From Solirubrobacterales bacterium (lineage in GTDB: Bacteria; Actinomycetota; Thermoleophilia; Solirubrobacterales; 70-9): a stretch of DNA of 64,000 bases. The notes beneath the pieces are model-generated. The model saw nothing but the letters and a program-made list of their open reading frames with translations. It was not told the DNA's origin and searched no databases. Location of the stretch: contig JAWVEZ010000106.1 in assembly GCA_033856455.1 (NCBI GenBank), forward strand, positions 4,687-68,686, read 5' to 3'. The translations under genes were made by a program, and so were the position numbers. This document shows positions 35,994 to 45,020 of this stretch, one piece after another. Every line of letters begins with the position of its first letter. Positions within the stretch are counted from its first letter, which is position 1.

Positions 35994-37544
35994 GTGGCCG
36001 CTTACACGATCGCCAGCGTGATTCAGAAGGACGCCACTGAGTTCAGCGCAAGGTCCGCTGTCGCACTCGCATTCGAAGACCGCCGTGTCGGCTACTGGGA
36101 GATCGACGAGCGCAGCGACATGCTCGCCGCCGGCCTGCTCGCCGCCGGCGCCGCTCCCGGAGACCGGATCGCGGTTCTCTGTCGCAACTCGGTCGAGTCG
36201 GTCGAGATCTTCTTCGCCGCCGCCAAGCTCGGGGCGGCCCTGGTCCCGATCGAGGCGAGCCTGCAGGGGTTCGAGATCGACTATCGCCTACGCGATTCCG
36301 GGGCCCGCTGGCTGTTCGCCGATTGGTCTGGCTGGGACTGCGCCCGGGATCTGGTCGGCACCGACTCGGGGCTCCGGCTCGTCGCCGTCGGCGACGAGAT
36401 GTGGACCCGCGGTGGGAAGGGGCTCCTGCCCTACGAGGAGCTGGTCGAGGGCGGCGCCGGCAGGCGCTTGGAGGTTGAAGTCGAGGCCGACCAGACCCTG
36501 CTTCTCCGCTATGGCTCGGGGACGACCGGAGTGCCGCGGGCAGTGGCTCAGAGCCACGACTTCGTCCTCACCAACGCCCTGCGCCAGGTCTACGACTTCG
36601 GGCTGGCCCCGGGCGACGTCTTCATGCCGGCGTCGGTGGCCGAATGGACCGCCGACTGCGACGACCTCAGCCTCGCCCTCTGGCTGGTCGGCGGCAGCGT
36701 CTGCCTGCCGCCGAGCACCCGCTTCGACGCCGACCACCACTGCGCCGCGCTCGCCGCCGCCGAGGCGACGGTCACCGTCGCCTCGCCCTCGCACCTGCGG
36801 GTGATCTCCCATTCGGGAGCGCTGGGCCGCCACGACCTCTCGCCGCTGCGCCTGGTCTGCGCGGCGGGCACACCCTCCGCGGCAGAGCTGCTGCAGGGTC
36901 TCGCTCGACAGCTGCCCGGCCGCGAGGTGGTGCAGTCCTTCGGCCACCCCGAGCAACCCGGCGCGATCGCGTTGCTCGACAGCGATGAGGCGGAGGCGGG
37001 GGCGGGGTCGGTCGGCCGTTCGACCGGGCTCTGCGAGCTCGCCGTCGTCGACGCGGAGGGCGCCCCCGTCGCCGCGGAGACGGTCGGCGAGATCGTCTGC
37101 CGCTCGCGCCCGGGCAGCCGCGAAGATGGCGCCGACCCGGGCGCCTGGCTGCAGACCGGCGACCGCGGCTACCTCGACCGGGAGGGCTTCCTCTTCGTCC
37201 TCGAGGGTCGCTCCGAGACGATTGTCAGCGCCGGCCTTCGCGTCCACCTGGCCGACGTCGAAGCGGCTCTGGCCGGCCACCACGGGGTGGCCGAGATCGC
37301 CCTCGTCCCGATCGCCAGCGACCTGCTCGGCGAGTGCAGTCGAGCCCACGTCAGGGCCCGCGACGGCGTCGCCCTCGATCGCCGTGAGCTCGAGGAGTAC
37401 GCCCGCGCCCGGCTCTCTCCTTACAAGGTGCCATCGGAGTGGGTCCTGCACGATTCGCCGCTGCCGCGCGCCGCCTGCGGCCGCTTGGAAAGGCGCTCGC
37501 TGGTTGCCGCTGGCCCCGCTGCGCCGCCGAGTCCGCTCGGGTGA
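35994..37544 (+). CDS. AMP-forming acyl-CoA synthetase, copy 4 (divergent)
   Basis: GTG start after ggagga. LRYGSGTTGVPRAV, QTGDRGY. The C-terminal Lys motif is degenerate (ACGRLER). Confidence 0.75.
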   Translation: MAAYTIASVIQKDATEFSARSAVALAFEDRRVGYWEIDERSDMLAAGLLAAGAAPGDRIAVLCRNSVESVEIFFAAAKLGAALVPIEASLQGFEIDYRLRDSGARWLFADWSGWDCARDLVGTDSGLRLVAVGDEMWTRGGKGLLPYEELVEGGAGRRLEVEVEADQTLLLRYGSGTTGVPRAVAQSHDFVLTNALRQVYDFGLAPGDVFMPASVAEWTADCDDLSLALWLVGGSVCLPPSTRFDADHHCAALAAAEATVTVASPSHLRVISHSGALGRHDLSPLRLVCAAGTPSAAELLQGLARQLPGREVVQSFGHPEQPGAIALLDSDEAEAGAGSVGRSTGLCELAVVDAEGAPVAAETVGEIVCRSRPGSREDGADPGAWLQTGDRGYLDREGFLFVLEGRSETIVSAGLRVHLADVEAALAGHHGVAEIALVPIASDLLGECSRAHVRARDGVALDRRELEEYARARLSPYKVPSEWVLHDSPLPRAACGRLERRSLVAAGPAAPPSPLG

Positions 37545-39544
37545 GCGCTCCGGTGCAGCAGACCGCCGCCGCGGACGAGCTCGGCGCCGACGCGCTCGCC
37601 CGTATGTACGGCGAGATGCTGCGCATCCGCCGCTTCGAGGAGAGCGCCGCGGAAATGTTTCGCAACGGCGAGGTGCCGGGGTTCCTCCACCTCTCGATCG
37701 GTCAGGAGGCGGTGCCGGTCGGCATCTCCTGGCCGCTCGACGACGGCGACGTCGTCACCTCCACCCACCGCGGCCATGGGCACGTGCTCGCCAAGGGCGG
37801 CGACCTCAGCGCCATGTTCGCCGAGCTGATGGGGCGGCGACTGGGGACCTGCGCCGCCCGCGGGGGGTCGATGCACATCGCCGACGTCTCGCTCGGGATC
37901 TTCGGCGCCAACGGCATCGTCGGCGCCGGCCTGCCGATCGCCTGCGGCGCCGCGCAGGCGGCGAGGATGCGCGACGCCGGCGGGATCGCGGTTGCCTATT
38001 TCGGTGACGGCGCCGTTTCCCAGGGCGCCTTCCATGAGGCCATCACCACCGCCTGCCACCTGGAGCTGCCGCTGCTCTTCGTCTGCGAGAACAACCAGTA
38101 CGCCGAGTTCACCAACACCTCCTCGGCGGCAGCGGTTCCGCTGGAGCAGCGGGCCTCCGGCTACGGCATCCGCTTCGAGCGGGTCGACGGCAACGAGGTC
38201 GAGGCGGTGGCGGCGACCGCCGACCGGCTCGTCGCCGAGTTGCGGGCAGGAGCGCCGCCGATCCTGCTCGAGGCGGTCACCCTGCGCGCCCGCGGCCACT
38301 ACGAGGGCGACGCCGAGGAATACCGGGACCTCGAGCGCGACAGCGAATGGGCCGACCGCGATCCACTCGCGCTCGTCGCTTCGCGCCTGAGCGCCGAGGG
38401 GCTCTCAGATCAGCGTCTGGAGGAGATCCGCGAGCGGGTCGAGACGGAGATCGCCGCGGCGTTGGCGGCCGCCCGTGAGAGCGATGAACCCGAGGTCTCC
38501 GAACTGCTCGACAACGTCATCTCCGCGCGCCCACGGCCGCCGGCGCGGGGGTCGGAGCCGGAGGGCGAGGGGGAGATCCGCACGATTCGCGCGATTCGCG
38601 ACGCGCTCCACGATGCCCTCGCCGACGACGAGTCGGTGTTCATGGCCGGGATCGACATCGGACGCGGCGGCGGCGTCTTCAACGCCTCCAAGGGGCTCTA
38701 TGACGAGTTCCCGGGACGGATGCTGGACATGCCGATCGCCGAGACCGCGATCGTCGGCCTCGGCGTTGGCGCGGCGATGGCGGGAATGCGCCCGATCGTC
38801 GAGGTCATGTACCTCGACTTCATCAGCGTCTGCTTCGACCAGATCGTCAACCAGGCAGCGAAGTTGCGCTACATGACCGGCGGCGGCGCCGAGATCGCGC
38901 TGACGATCCGCACCCAGTTCGGCGCCGGCCGCTCCTCCGGGGCCCAGCACTCGCAGAGCCTCGAGGCTCTGCTCGCCCACATCCCCGGGCTGACCGTGTT
39001 GATGCCCTCGACCGCCGCCGACGCCTACGGTCTCCTGCGCAGCGCCGTTGACGACCCCAACCCGGTGATCGTGATCGAGAACCGGATCCTCTACGGCCAG
39101 AAGGGGGCGGCGCCCCCGGCCGGGCACCGGGTCCCGATCGGTCGCGCCAGGGTCGTCCGCGAGGGGACCGACCTGACCGTGGTCTCGGTCTCGCGGATGG
39201 TCCAGGTCGCCGCCGAAGTCGCCGACGAGCTTGCCGCCGAGGGGGTCAGCGTCGAGGTGATCGATCTGCGCACGGTCGCGCCACTGGACCGCCAGTGCAT
39301 CCTCGATTCGGTGGCGAAGACCAACCGGCTCGTCGTCGCCCACGAGGCGGTTACCGACTTCGGGATCGGGGCCGAGATCGCGGCGATGGCGGCGGACGCC
39401 GGCTTCTGGGATCTCGACGCGCCGATTCGCCGCGTCGGCGCCGCCTTCTCACCGGCTCCCTACGCCCCCGCGCTCGAGCAGGCCTGGATGCCCGACGCGG
39501 CGCGGGTCAAGGCAGCGGTGCTCGAGACCCTGGGAGGGATTTAG
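37541..39544 (+). CDS. fused alpha-beta E1 component of a TPP-dependent 2-oxoacid/acetoin dehydrogenase
   Basis: GTGA overlap with the upstream gene. Alpha part: FLHLSIGQEA, YFGDGAVSQGAFHEA...FVCENNQYA (TPP motif). Beta part: VFMAGIDIGRGGGVFNASKGL, MPIAETAIVGLGVGAAMAG. Confidence 0.85.
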   Translation: MSAPVQQTAAADELGADALARMYGEMLRIRRFEESAAEMFRNGEVPGFLHLSIGQEAVPVGISWPLDDGDVVTSTHRGHGHVLAKGGDLSAMFAELMGRRLGTCAARGGSMHIADVSLGIFGANGIVGAGLPIACGAAQAARMRDAGGIAVAYFGDGAVSQGAFHEAITTACHLELPLLFVCENNQYAEFTNTSSAAAVPLEQRASGYGIRFERVDGNEVEAVAATADRLVAELRAGAPPILLEAVTLRARGHYEGDAEEYRDLERDSEWADRDPLALVASRLSAEGLSDQRLEEIRERVETEIAAALAAARESDEPEVSELLDNVISARPRPPARGSEPEGEGEIRTIRAIRDALHDALADDESVFMAGIDIGRGGGVFNASKGLYDEFPGRMLDMPIAETAIVGLGVGAAMAGMRPIVEVMYLDFISVCFDQIVNQAAKLRYMTGGGAEIALTIRTQFGAGRSSGAQHSQSLEALLAHIPGLTVLMPSTAADAYGLLRSAVDDPNPVIVIENRILYGQKGAAPPAGHRVPIGRARVVREGTDLTVVSVSRMVQVAAEVADELAAEGVSVEVIDLRTVAPLDRQCILDSVAKTNRLVVAHEAVTDFGIGAEIAAMAADAGFWDLDAPIRRVGAAFSPAPYAPALEQAWMPDAARVKAAVLETLGGI

Positions 39545-40158
39545 GGAGCGCGGAGGCCGACGAAGAGCGAGTCGCAGAAGACCTCGGCAACCTGCTCGGG
39601 TTCGAGCCGGCCGGAGGGGCGAATCCAGAGGTAGGCGTAGTTGAACTGGCCCAGCACGCCTTTGACGGCGATCGGGTCGAGGTCGCGCAGCTCGCCGCTG
39701 CTGATTCCCTCTTCGAGGATGTCCTTGACGATCTGCTCAAAGCCCTGCCGCAGCTCCAGCACTTCCTCCAGGCGCGCGCCGCTGAGGGCGATGAAGTCCC
39801 GGAAGAAGACAGTCCACTCCGGGATGTGATCGGCGATGTTGCGCATCAGCTTCGCCGCCAGCGCCCGGAAGCGCTCCTCGGCGCTGCCGGCGCCGTCGCG
39901 GATCTCGGTCCCGATGGCGATCATCTCGGTCACGTTGACGCGGCAGATCTCGGCAAGGACGCTCTCCTTGCTACCGATGTGGTAGTACAGACCACCGCGG
40001 CCAAGTTCGACTTGTTGAGAAAGTTCCTCTATACCGGTGCCGTGGTACCCCTGCTTGGCAAACAGCGTCGCGGCCGCTTGGAGGATGCGCGCTCGTTGGA
40101 TCGGCGCCGCCACCCGGGTCGGCTTCTTGGCTGAATTAGGCGGCACGCGCTGAATCAT
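39541..40158 (-). CDS. TetR-family transcriptional regulator
   Basis: 205 aa from MIQRVPPNS. RARILQAAATLFAKQGYHGTGIEELSQQVELGRGGLYYHIGSKESVL. The rest of the 768-aa track ORF is antisense to the two SDR genes. Confidence 0.85.
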   Translation of the reverse strand: MIQRVPPNSAKKPTRVAAPIQRARILQAAATLFAKQGYHGTGIEELSQQVELGRGGLYYHIGSKESVLAEICRVNVTEMIAIGTEIRDGAGSAEERFRALAAKLMRNIADHIPEWTVFFRDFIALSGARLEEVLELRQGFEQIVKDILEEGISSGELRDLDPIAVKGVLGQFNYAYLWIRPSGRLEPEQVAEVFCDSLFVGLRAP

Positions 40159-40160
40159 AA

Positions 40161-40180
40161 TGTACAGACGGGTCGGTACA
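40161..40180. promoter_or_regulatory. operator-like site TGTACAGA-CGGG-TCGGTACA
   Basis: Begins 3 nt upstream of the TetR start codon (minus strand). 16/20 identical to the site at 40236. Confidence 0.5.
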
Positions 40181-40235
40181 CAGGCCGATCCTCCGTGCTC
40201 CCTCGGCAGGGCTCCGCCGAGTCCTTTTCGGCTAA

Positions 40236-40255
40236 TGTACCGACAGATCGGTATA
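40236..40255. promoter_or_regulatory. operator-like site TGTACCGA-CAGA-TCGGTATA
   Basis: Lies 38 nt upstream of the SDR GTG at 40294. Second copy in the same divergent intergenic region. Confidence 0.5.
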
Positions 40256-40293
40256 ACGATGTCGGGGAGCTCGAGCGGACATAGGGGAGTGGC

Positions 40294-41079
40294 GTGAACG
40301 GGGCCGCGGTGATCACCGGCGCCGGGCGCCCTACCGGGATCGGGTTCGCCGCCGCGAAGGCCCTGGCCGCCGACGGCTGGCCGGTCCTGCTCTCCGACCT
40401 CGAGCTCGAGGATTCGGTGCTCGCGGGCCTGCCCGCCGGGGCCGACTCGGCAAGCTTCGCGGCCGACGTCACCGACTCCGCCCAGGTCGAGGCGCTCGGC
40501 GACTTCGCGGTCGAGCGCTGGGGAGCGATCGGCGCTTGGGTCAACAACGCCGGCGCCATGCTGGGCGCCGGCCCGATCGCCGGCGTCGTCGACGAGGACT
40601 GGCAGCGCTGTCAGGCGATCAACGCCGGCGGCTGCTTCCACGGCTGCCGGGCGGCGGTGCGCCGCATGCAGGCGGCGAGCGAGCCGCGCGGCGGCCGCAT
40701 CGTCAACGTCTCCTCGCAGGCCGGGAAGACCGGGCCGCCGTACTTCGCCGCCTACGCGGCGGCCAAGTTCGCGGTGATCGGGCTGACCCAGTCGGTCGCC
40801 GCCGAGGTCGGCCGCAGCGGCATCACGGTCAACGCCGTCTGCCCGGGAACGGTCGACACCCCGCTGCTCGATGAGCCCGGGGGAGTCTGGGAGACGATGG
40901 CGGCGGCGCGCGGGATCAGCGTCGAGCGTGCCCGCGAACGCGCTCCCCGCGCGGCCCCGATCGGGCGCATGGTCGAGCCAGGCGAGGTCGCGAGCATGAT
41001 CGCCTACCTCTGCTCCGACGCGGCCGCCGCGATCAGCGGTGCCGCGATCAACATCACCGGCGGCGACGAGGTTCACTGA
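40294..41079 (+). CDS. SDR-family oxidoreductase
   Basis: AAVITGAGRPTGIGFA, NNAG, and catalytic YAAAKFAV. Confidence 0.85.
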   Translation: MNGAAVITGAGRPTGIGFAAAKALAADGWPVLLSDLELEDSVLAGLPAGADSASFAADVTDSAQVEALGDFAVERWGAIGAWVNNAGAMLGAGPIAGVVDEDWQRCQAINAGGCFHGCRAAVRRMQAASEPRGGRIVNVSSQAGKTGPPYFAAYAAAKFAVIGLTQSVAAEVGRSGITVNAVCPGTVDTPLLDEPGGVWETMAAARGISVERARERAPRAAPIGRMVEPGEVASMIAYLCSDAAAAISGAAINITGGDEVH

Positions 41080-41844
41080 GTGACCGCGGCCACGACCGAG
41101 GTCGGCGCGCTGCGCCCGCTGCTGGGCCGGACCGCGCTGGTGACCGGTGGCTCGCGCGGGATCGGCGCCGCGATCAGCCGCGAGCTCAGCGATGCGGGCG
41201 CCCAGATCGCGGTCAATTTCCACACCAATCACGAGGCCGCCGCGCTTGTCCTGGCCGACCTCCGTCAGGGGTCGACCTCCTGGCCCGCCGACGTCGCCGA
41301 TGCCGATGCGGTCGAGGCGATGGTCAGCGCGGTGGTCGAGCGCTACGGCAGCCTCGACGTCCTCGTCGTCAACGCCGGCATCTGGCGCGGCGGCGCGGTC
41401 GATCGGTTGGCGCCGGAGGACTGGTCGCTGGTCGTCGACACCTCGCTGACCGGCGCTTACCACCTGGTTCGCGCGGCCCTGCCGGCGATGAGGCAGCAGG
41501 GATTCGGCCGGGTGATCGTGCTCAGCTCGGTGGTCGGCCTGGTCGGTCATCCCGGTGACAGCGCCTACGCGGCGGCGAAGGCGGGACTGCTCGGCTTCGT
41601 CAAGGCGGTGGCGAAAGAGACCGGCCGGGACGGGATCACCGTCAACGCGATCGCTCCCGGCTTCGTCGAGACCGAGATGACCGCCGAGGTGCCCGAGCGG
41701 GGGCGCGAACGGATGATGGCGCGGACGCCGCTGCGCCGGGCCGGGACGCCGGAGGAGGTCGCCTCGGCGGCCCGCTTTCTTGCCTGCGACGCTTCCTACG
41801 TGACCGGTCACACCCTCGTCGTCGACGGCGGCTACTCGCTCTAA
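41080..41844 (+). CDS. SDR-family oxidoreductase (FabG-like 3-oxoacyl reductase)
   Basis: ALVTGGSRGIGAA, VNAGI, YAAAKAGLLGF, PGFVETEM. Confidence 0.85.
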   Translation: MTAATTEVGALRPLLGRTALVTGGSRGIGAAISRELSDAGAQIAVNFHTNHEAAALVLADLRQGSTSWPADVADADAVEAMVSAVVERYGSLDVLVVNAGIWRGGAVDRLAPEDWSLVVDTSLTGAYHLVRAALPAMRQQGFGRVIVLSSVVGLVGHPGDSAYAAAKAGLLGFVKAVAKETGRDGITVNAIAPGFVETEMTAEVPERGRERMMARTPLRRAGTPEEVASAARFLACDASYVTGHTLVVDGGYSL

Positions 41845-41865
41845 CATTCATTCGCGAATGAATGT
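41844..41865. promoter_or_regulatory. perfect 22-bp AT-rich palindrome ACATTCATTCG|CGAATGAATGT abutting the TetR start codon
   Basis: Occupies the whole gap between the SDR stop (TAA, 41842-41844) and the TetR ATG (41866). Confidence 0.55.
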
Positions 41866-42495
41866 ATGCTGGCGAGCGTGCCAGCGGCGACGACCCCGGA
41901 CAAGACCCGCCGAAGTCAGGAGGAACGCCGCGCCGGCACCCGCGCGACCCTGCTGGACGCCGCTCTCGAGTGCTTGGTCGAGGTCGGTTACGCGCGCACC
42001 ACGACCGGCTTGGTCTGCGAGCGCGCCGGGCTCTCTCGCGGCGCTCACCTGCACCATTTCGGCACCCGCGCCAGCCTCGTCGCGGCGGCGCTGGTCGAGC
42101 TCTCCAAGCGCCGCGAAGCCGAGTTCGGGGAACAGATCGCCGCGCTGCCCAGCGGCGCTGGGCGCGAGGAGCAGGCCTTGGATCTGCTCTGGAGCTGGTA
42201 CACCGGGCCGCTCTTCTACGCCTCGGTCGACCTCGGCGCCGCCGCTCGCACCGACTCTGAGCTGCGCGCCCGCCTGGAACCGGTCGAGCGCCACCTCAAC
42301 CAGCTGACGCTGATCCGCTGCCGGCGCATGTTCGCCGCCGGTCCCGAGGACCCGAGCCGCGACCAACCGATCCAGTTGGCGCTATCCGCGATCCGCGGGC
42401 TTGCCCTGTTGCCGGTTCTACACCCGGGCGCCGGCAAGGCCGAGCAGCAGTGGGGCTTCGCCCGCGACGAGCTGCTGCGGATCCTGGCGGACTGA
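41866..42495 (+). CDS. TetR-family transcriptional regulator
   Basis: TRATLLDAALECLVEVGYARTTTGLVCERAGLSRGAHLHHFGTRASL. Confidence 0.85.
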   Translation: MLASVPAATTPDKTRRSQEERRAGTRATLLDAALECLVEVGYARTTTGLVCERAGLSRGAHLHHFGTRASLVAAALVELSKRREAEFGEQIAALPSGAGREEQALDLLWSWYTGPLFYASVDLGAAARTDSELRARLEPVERHLNQLTLIRCRRMFAAGPEDPSRDQPIQLALSAIRGLALLPVLHPGAGKAEQQWGFARDELLRILAD

Positions 42496-42503
42496 GGAGA
42501 GAG

Positions 42504-43550
42504 ATGAAGGTCGACTTCACCGGCTCCTTCTCACGCCTCGACGACGCGGGCGAGTCAGCCCGCGAGGCCCAGGAGCGGGGGTATGACGGTTGGTGGGTGA
42601 CCGAGACCAAAGTCGACCCGCCGCTCGCCTGTGCGGTCGCCGCCGAGCGGACCGAGCGAATCGAAATCGGCACCGCGATCACGATCGCCTTCGCCCGCAA
42701 CCCGATGACCGTGGCCCTGCAGGCCAACGACCTGCAGACGCTCTCGGGCGGCCGCTTCTCGATTGGGCTCGGCTCGCAGATCAAGGCCCACGTGACCAAG
42801 CGCTTCTCGATGCCGTGGACCAAACCGGGGGCGCGGATGCGCGAGTTCGTGACCGCGATGCGGGCGATCTGGGAGAGCTGGGAGCAGGGGTCCCCGCTGA
42901 GCTTCGAGGGCGAGTTCTACACCCACACCCTGATGACGCCGTTCTTCGACCCGGGACCGAACCCGCACGGTGTCCCCGACGTCTACCTGGCCGCGGTCGG
43001 GCCCCGGATGACCGAAGTCGCCGGCGAAGTCGCCGACGGCGTCATCTGCCATGCCTTCTCGACCGAGCGCTACGTGCGCGAGGTGACCAGGCCGCTGGTC
43101 GAACGCGGCCGCGCCGCCGCCGGCAAAGAGTCCGAGGCCTTCGACCTGATCGCGCCGGGCTTCGTCGTCGTCGGCGATGACGAGCAGCAGCTGGCCGCCG
43201 GAATCAAATCCGTAAAGGAGCAGATCGGCTTCTATGGCTCGACCCCGGCCTACCGGCCGGTGCTCGAGCTGCACGGCTGGGGTGACCTTCAAGACCGGTT
43301 GGGGGCGATGACCAAGCGGGGCGAATGGGATCGCCTCGACAGCGCGATCAGCGACGAGGTGCTCGACGCCTTCGCGGTAGTCGGCACCCCCGAGCAGGCG
43401 GTCACCGAGCTCTCCCGCCGCTACGGAGACCTCGCGACCCGCCTGACGATCGCCCTGCCGGAGCGCCCCGACATGGAGCGCTGGGCACCGCTGCTCTCCG
43501 ACCTGCAGAAGACCGGAAGCCAACCGAAGAAGAAAGGGAGTGGAGGATGA
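42504..43550 (+). CDS. luciferase-like (LLM-class, probably F420-dependent) oxidoreductase
   Basis: ATG at 42504 after ggagagag. MKVDFTG...GYDGWWVTETKVDP, FSIGLGSQ. Confidence 0.75.
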   Translation: MKVDFTGSFSRLDDAGESAREAQERGYDGWWVTETKVDPPLACAVAAERTERIEIGTAITIAFARNPMTVALQANDLQTLSGGRFSIGLGSQIKAHVTKRFSMPWTKPGARMREFVTAMRAIWESWEQGSPLSFEGEFYTHTLMTPFFDPGPNPHGVPDVYLAAVGPRMTEVAGEVADGVICHAFSTERYVREVTRPLVERGRAAAGKESEAFDLIAPGFVVVGDDEQQLAAGIKSVKEQIGFYGSTPAYRPVLELHGWGDLQDRLGAMTKRGEWDRLDSAISDEVLDAFAVVGTPEQAVTELSRRYGDLATRLTIALPERPDMERWAPLLSDLQKTGSQPKKKGSGG

Positions 43551-44329
43551 GCGAGGTAGAGCTGAGCTGGGAGCGGGACGAGATTGCGGTGGTGACGCTG
43601 AACCGCCCGCAGAGCCTCAACTCGATGAACCGGGCCTTGGTCGCCGGCCTCGGCGCCATCCTCACCGAGCTCGAGGCCGAGGGCCGGGCCCGGGTTGTCG
43701 TGGTCACCGGCGCCGGTCGCGGCTTCAGCTCCGGTCACGATCTCAGCGAGCTCGAATCCGAGGCCGCGGCCGCCGACCTCGACGACCTGATGGTGAATCA
43801 GCAGGCCTTCTCGGATCTGATCATCCGCATCAAGGAGCTGAGGGTCCCTGTCGTCGCCGCCGTCAACGGACCCGCCGCGGGGGGTGGCCTGGCGATCGCC
43901 CTGGCCGCCGACACCCGCGTCTGCGACGACGCCGCCCGCTTCAATGCCGCCTTCGTCCGGCTCGGCATCTCCGGCTGCGACGTCGGCGTCTCCTACCTGC
44001 TGCCGCGAATCGTGGGGCCGACCCTGGCCTTCGAGATGATGCTGACCGGCCGGCTGATCGACGCCGAGGAGGCCCTCCACTCAGGTCTGGTCCTGCGCGT
44101 CGTCCCGGAGGGCGAGGTCCTCGCCGCCGCCCTCGAGATCGCCGACGCGATCCTCGCCAACTCTCGCTTTGGGGTGCAGATGACCAAGGAGGTGATGTGG
44201 TCCAACCTCGACGCCCCCGACCTCCGCAGCGCGATCATCACCGAGGACCGCACCCAGGCGATGTGCCTGATGGGGGAGGACGCCCGGCGAGCGATCCCCG
44301 CCATGCTCGCCTCCCGCAGCTCGCGCTGA
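43547..44329 (+). CDS. enoyl-CoA hydratase/isomerase (crotonase)
   Basis: ATGA overlap with the upstream gene. IAVVTLNRPQSLNSMN, GAGRGFSSGHDL, AAVNGPAAGGGLAIALAAD. Confidence 0.85.
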   Translation: MSEVELSWERDEIAVVTLNRPQSLNSMNRALVAGLGAILTELEAEGRARVVVVTGAGRGFSSGHDLSELESEAAAADLDDLMVNQQAFSDLIIRIKELRVPVVAAVNGPAAGGGLAIALAADTRVCDDAARFNAAFVRLGISGCDVGVSYLLPRIVGPTLAFEMMLTGRLIDAEEALHSGLVLRVVPEGEVLAAALEIADAILANSRFGVQMTKEVMWSNLDAPDLRSAIITEDRTQAMCLMGEDARRAIPAMLASRSSR

Positions 44330-44339
44330 GCGACGCCGG

Positions 44340-44990
44340 CTACGTCGCGTTCGCGCGCGCCAGCTCCCGGTCCGGCTCGTCGCCGAGAAAGTGAAGCGCA
44401 CATAGATGAACCATCTCGGCGTGCAGGTCCCCGATGGTGTCGACCCTGCCGCTCCTCAGATGGGAAGCCACGACGAAGAGGAAACCTCTCGCGAGCAGTT
44501 CCTCGATCCGTGGCGGTGGGTCGCAGTAATCCGCGCCCCTGAGCTCGCGCCCCGCGGTGCGCCCACCCTTCAGCGCCGCCTGAAGCGCCTCGGCTCCGGC
44601 GTCGACGCACGAGCCGCAATTCCCCTCCACGCTTATGGAATGAATCAGGCAAAGCTCGGCCAGGAGCGGCGCCGTCACTGTCTCGGCCAAGAAGACGGCG
44701 ATGGTGTCGCTCACCTGCTCTGACCAAGGGCGCGGTTCGCCGAGTGTCGCCCGGACCGGGTCGAAAACCCGTTTCTCCGCCTCCTGGCAGGAGAACCGCA
44801 AGCAATCGTCCTTGTCGTCGAACAGCTTGTAGAAGCCCACCCGGGAGATCCGTGTTCGGGTGGCGATGTCGCCGACCGTCAGGCTCGAGACCCCGCGCTC
44901 ATGGGCAAGCTCTGAGACCGCGTCCATAACGCAGCGCCGACGCTGATCTTCAAGGAAACCTGGCGGCAGAGGATGACCAATGGAAACCAT
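44340..44990 (-). CDS. TetR-like regulator paralog T1 (Cys-signature subfamily)
   Basis: QRRRCVMDAVSELAHERGVSSLTVGDIATRTRISRVGFYKLFDDKDDCL. Confidence 0.7.
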   Translation of the reverse strand: MVSIGHPLPPGFLEDQRRRCVMDAVSELAHERGVSSLTVGDIATRTRISRVGFYKLFDDKDDCLRFSCQEAEKRVFDPVRATLGEPRPWSEQVSDTIAVFLAETVTAPLLAELCLIHSISVEGNCGSCVDAGAEALQAALKGGRTAGRELRGADYCDPPPRIEELLARGFLFVVASHLRSGRVDTIGDLHAEMVHLCALHFLGDEPDRELARANAT

Positions 44991-45020
44991 AGGTCATCCT
45001 AGACAAAACCAAGCTAGAAA

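Noticed and set aside
7985-37544. Four adenylate-forming enzymes as evidence for an NRPS or siderophore-type biosynthetic cluster
   Set aside because: All four are stand-alone ~515-535-aa FadD-type ligases. There are no carrier, condensation or thioesterase domains, and no PKS or NRPS modules nearby. The context (ACADs, crotonases, thiolase, racemase) is catabolic.
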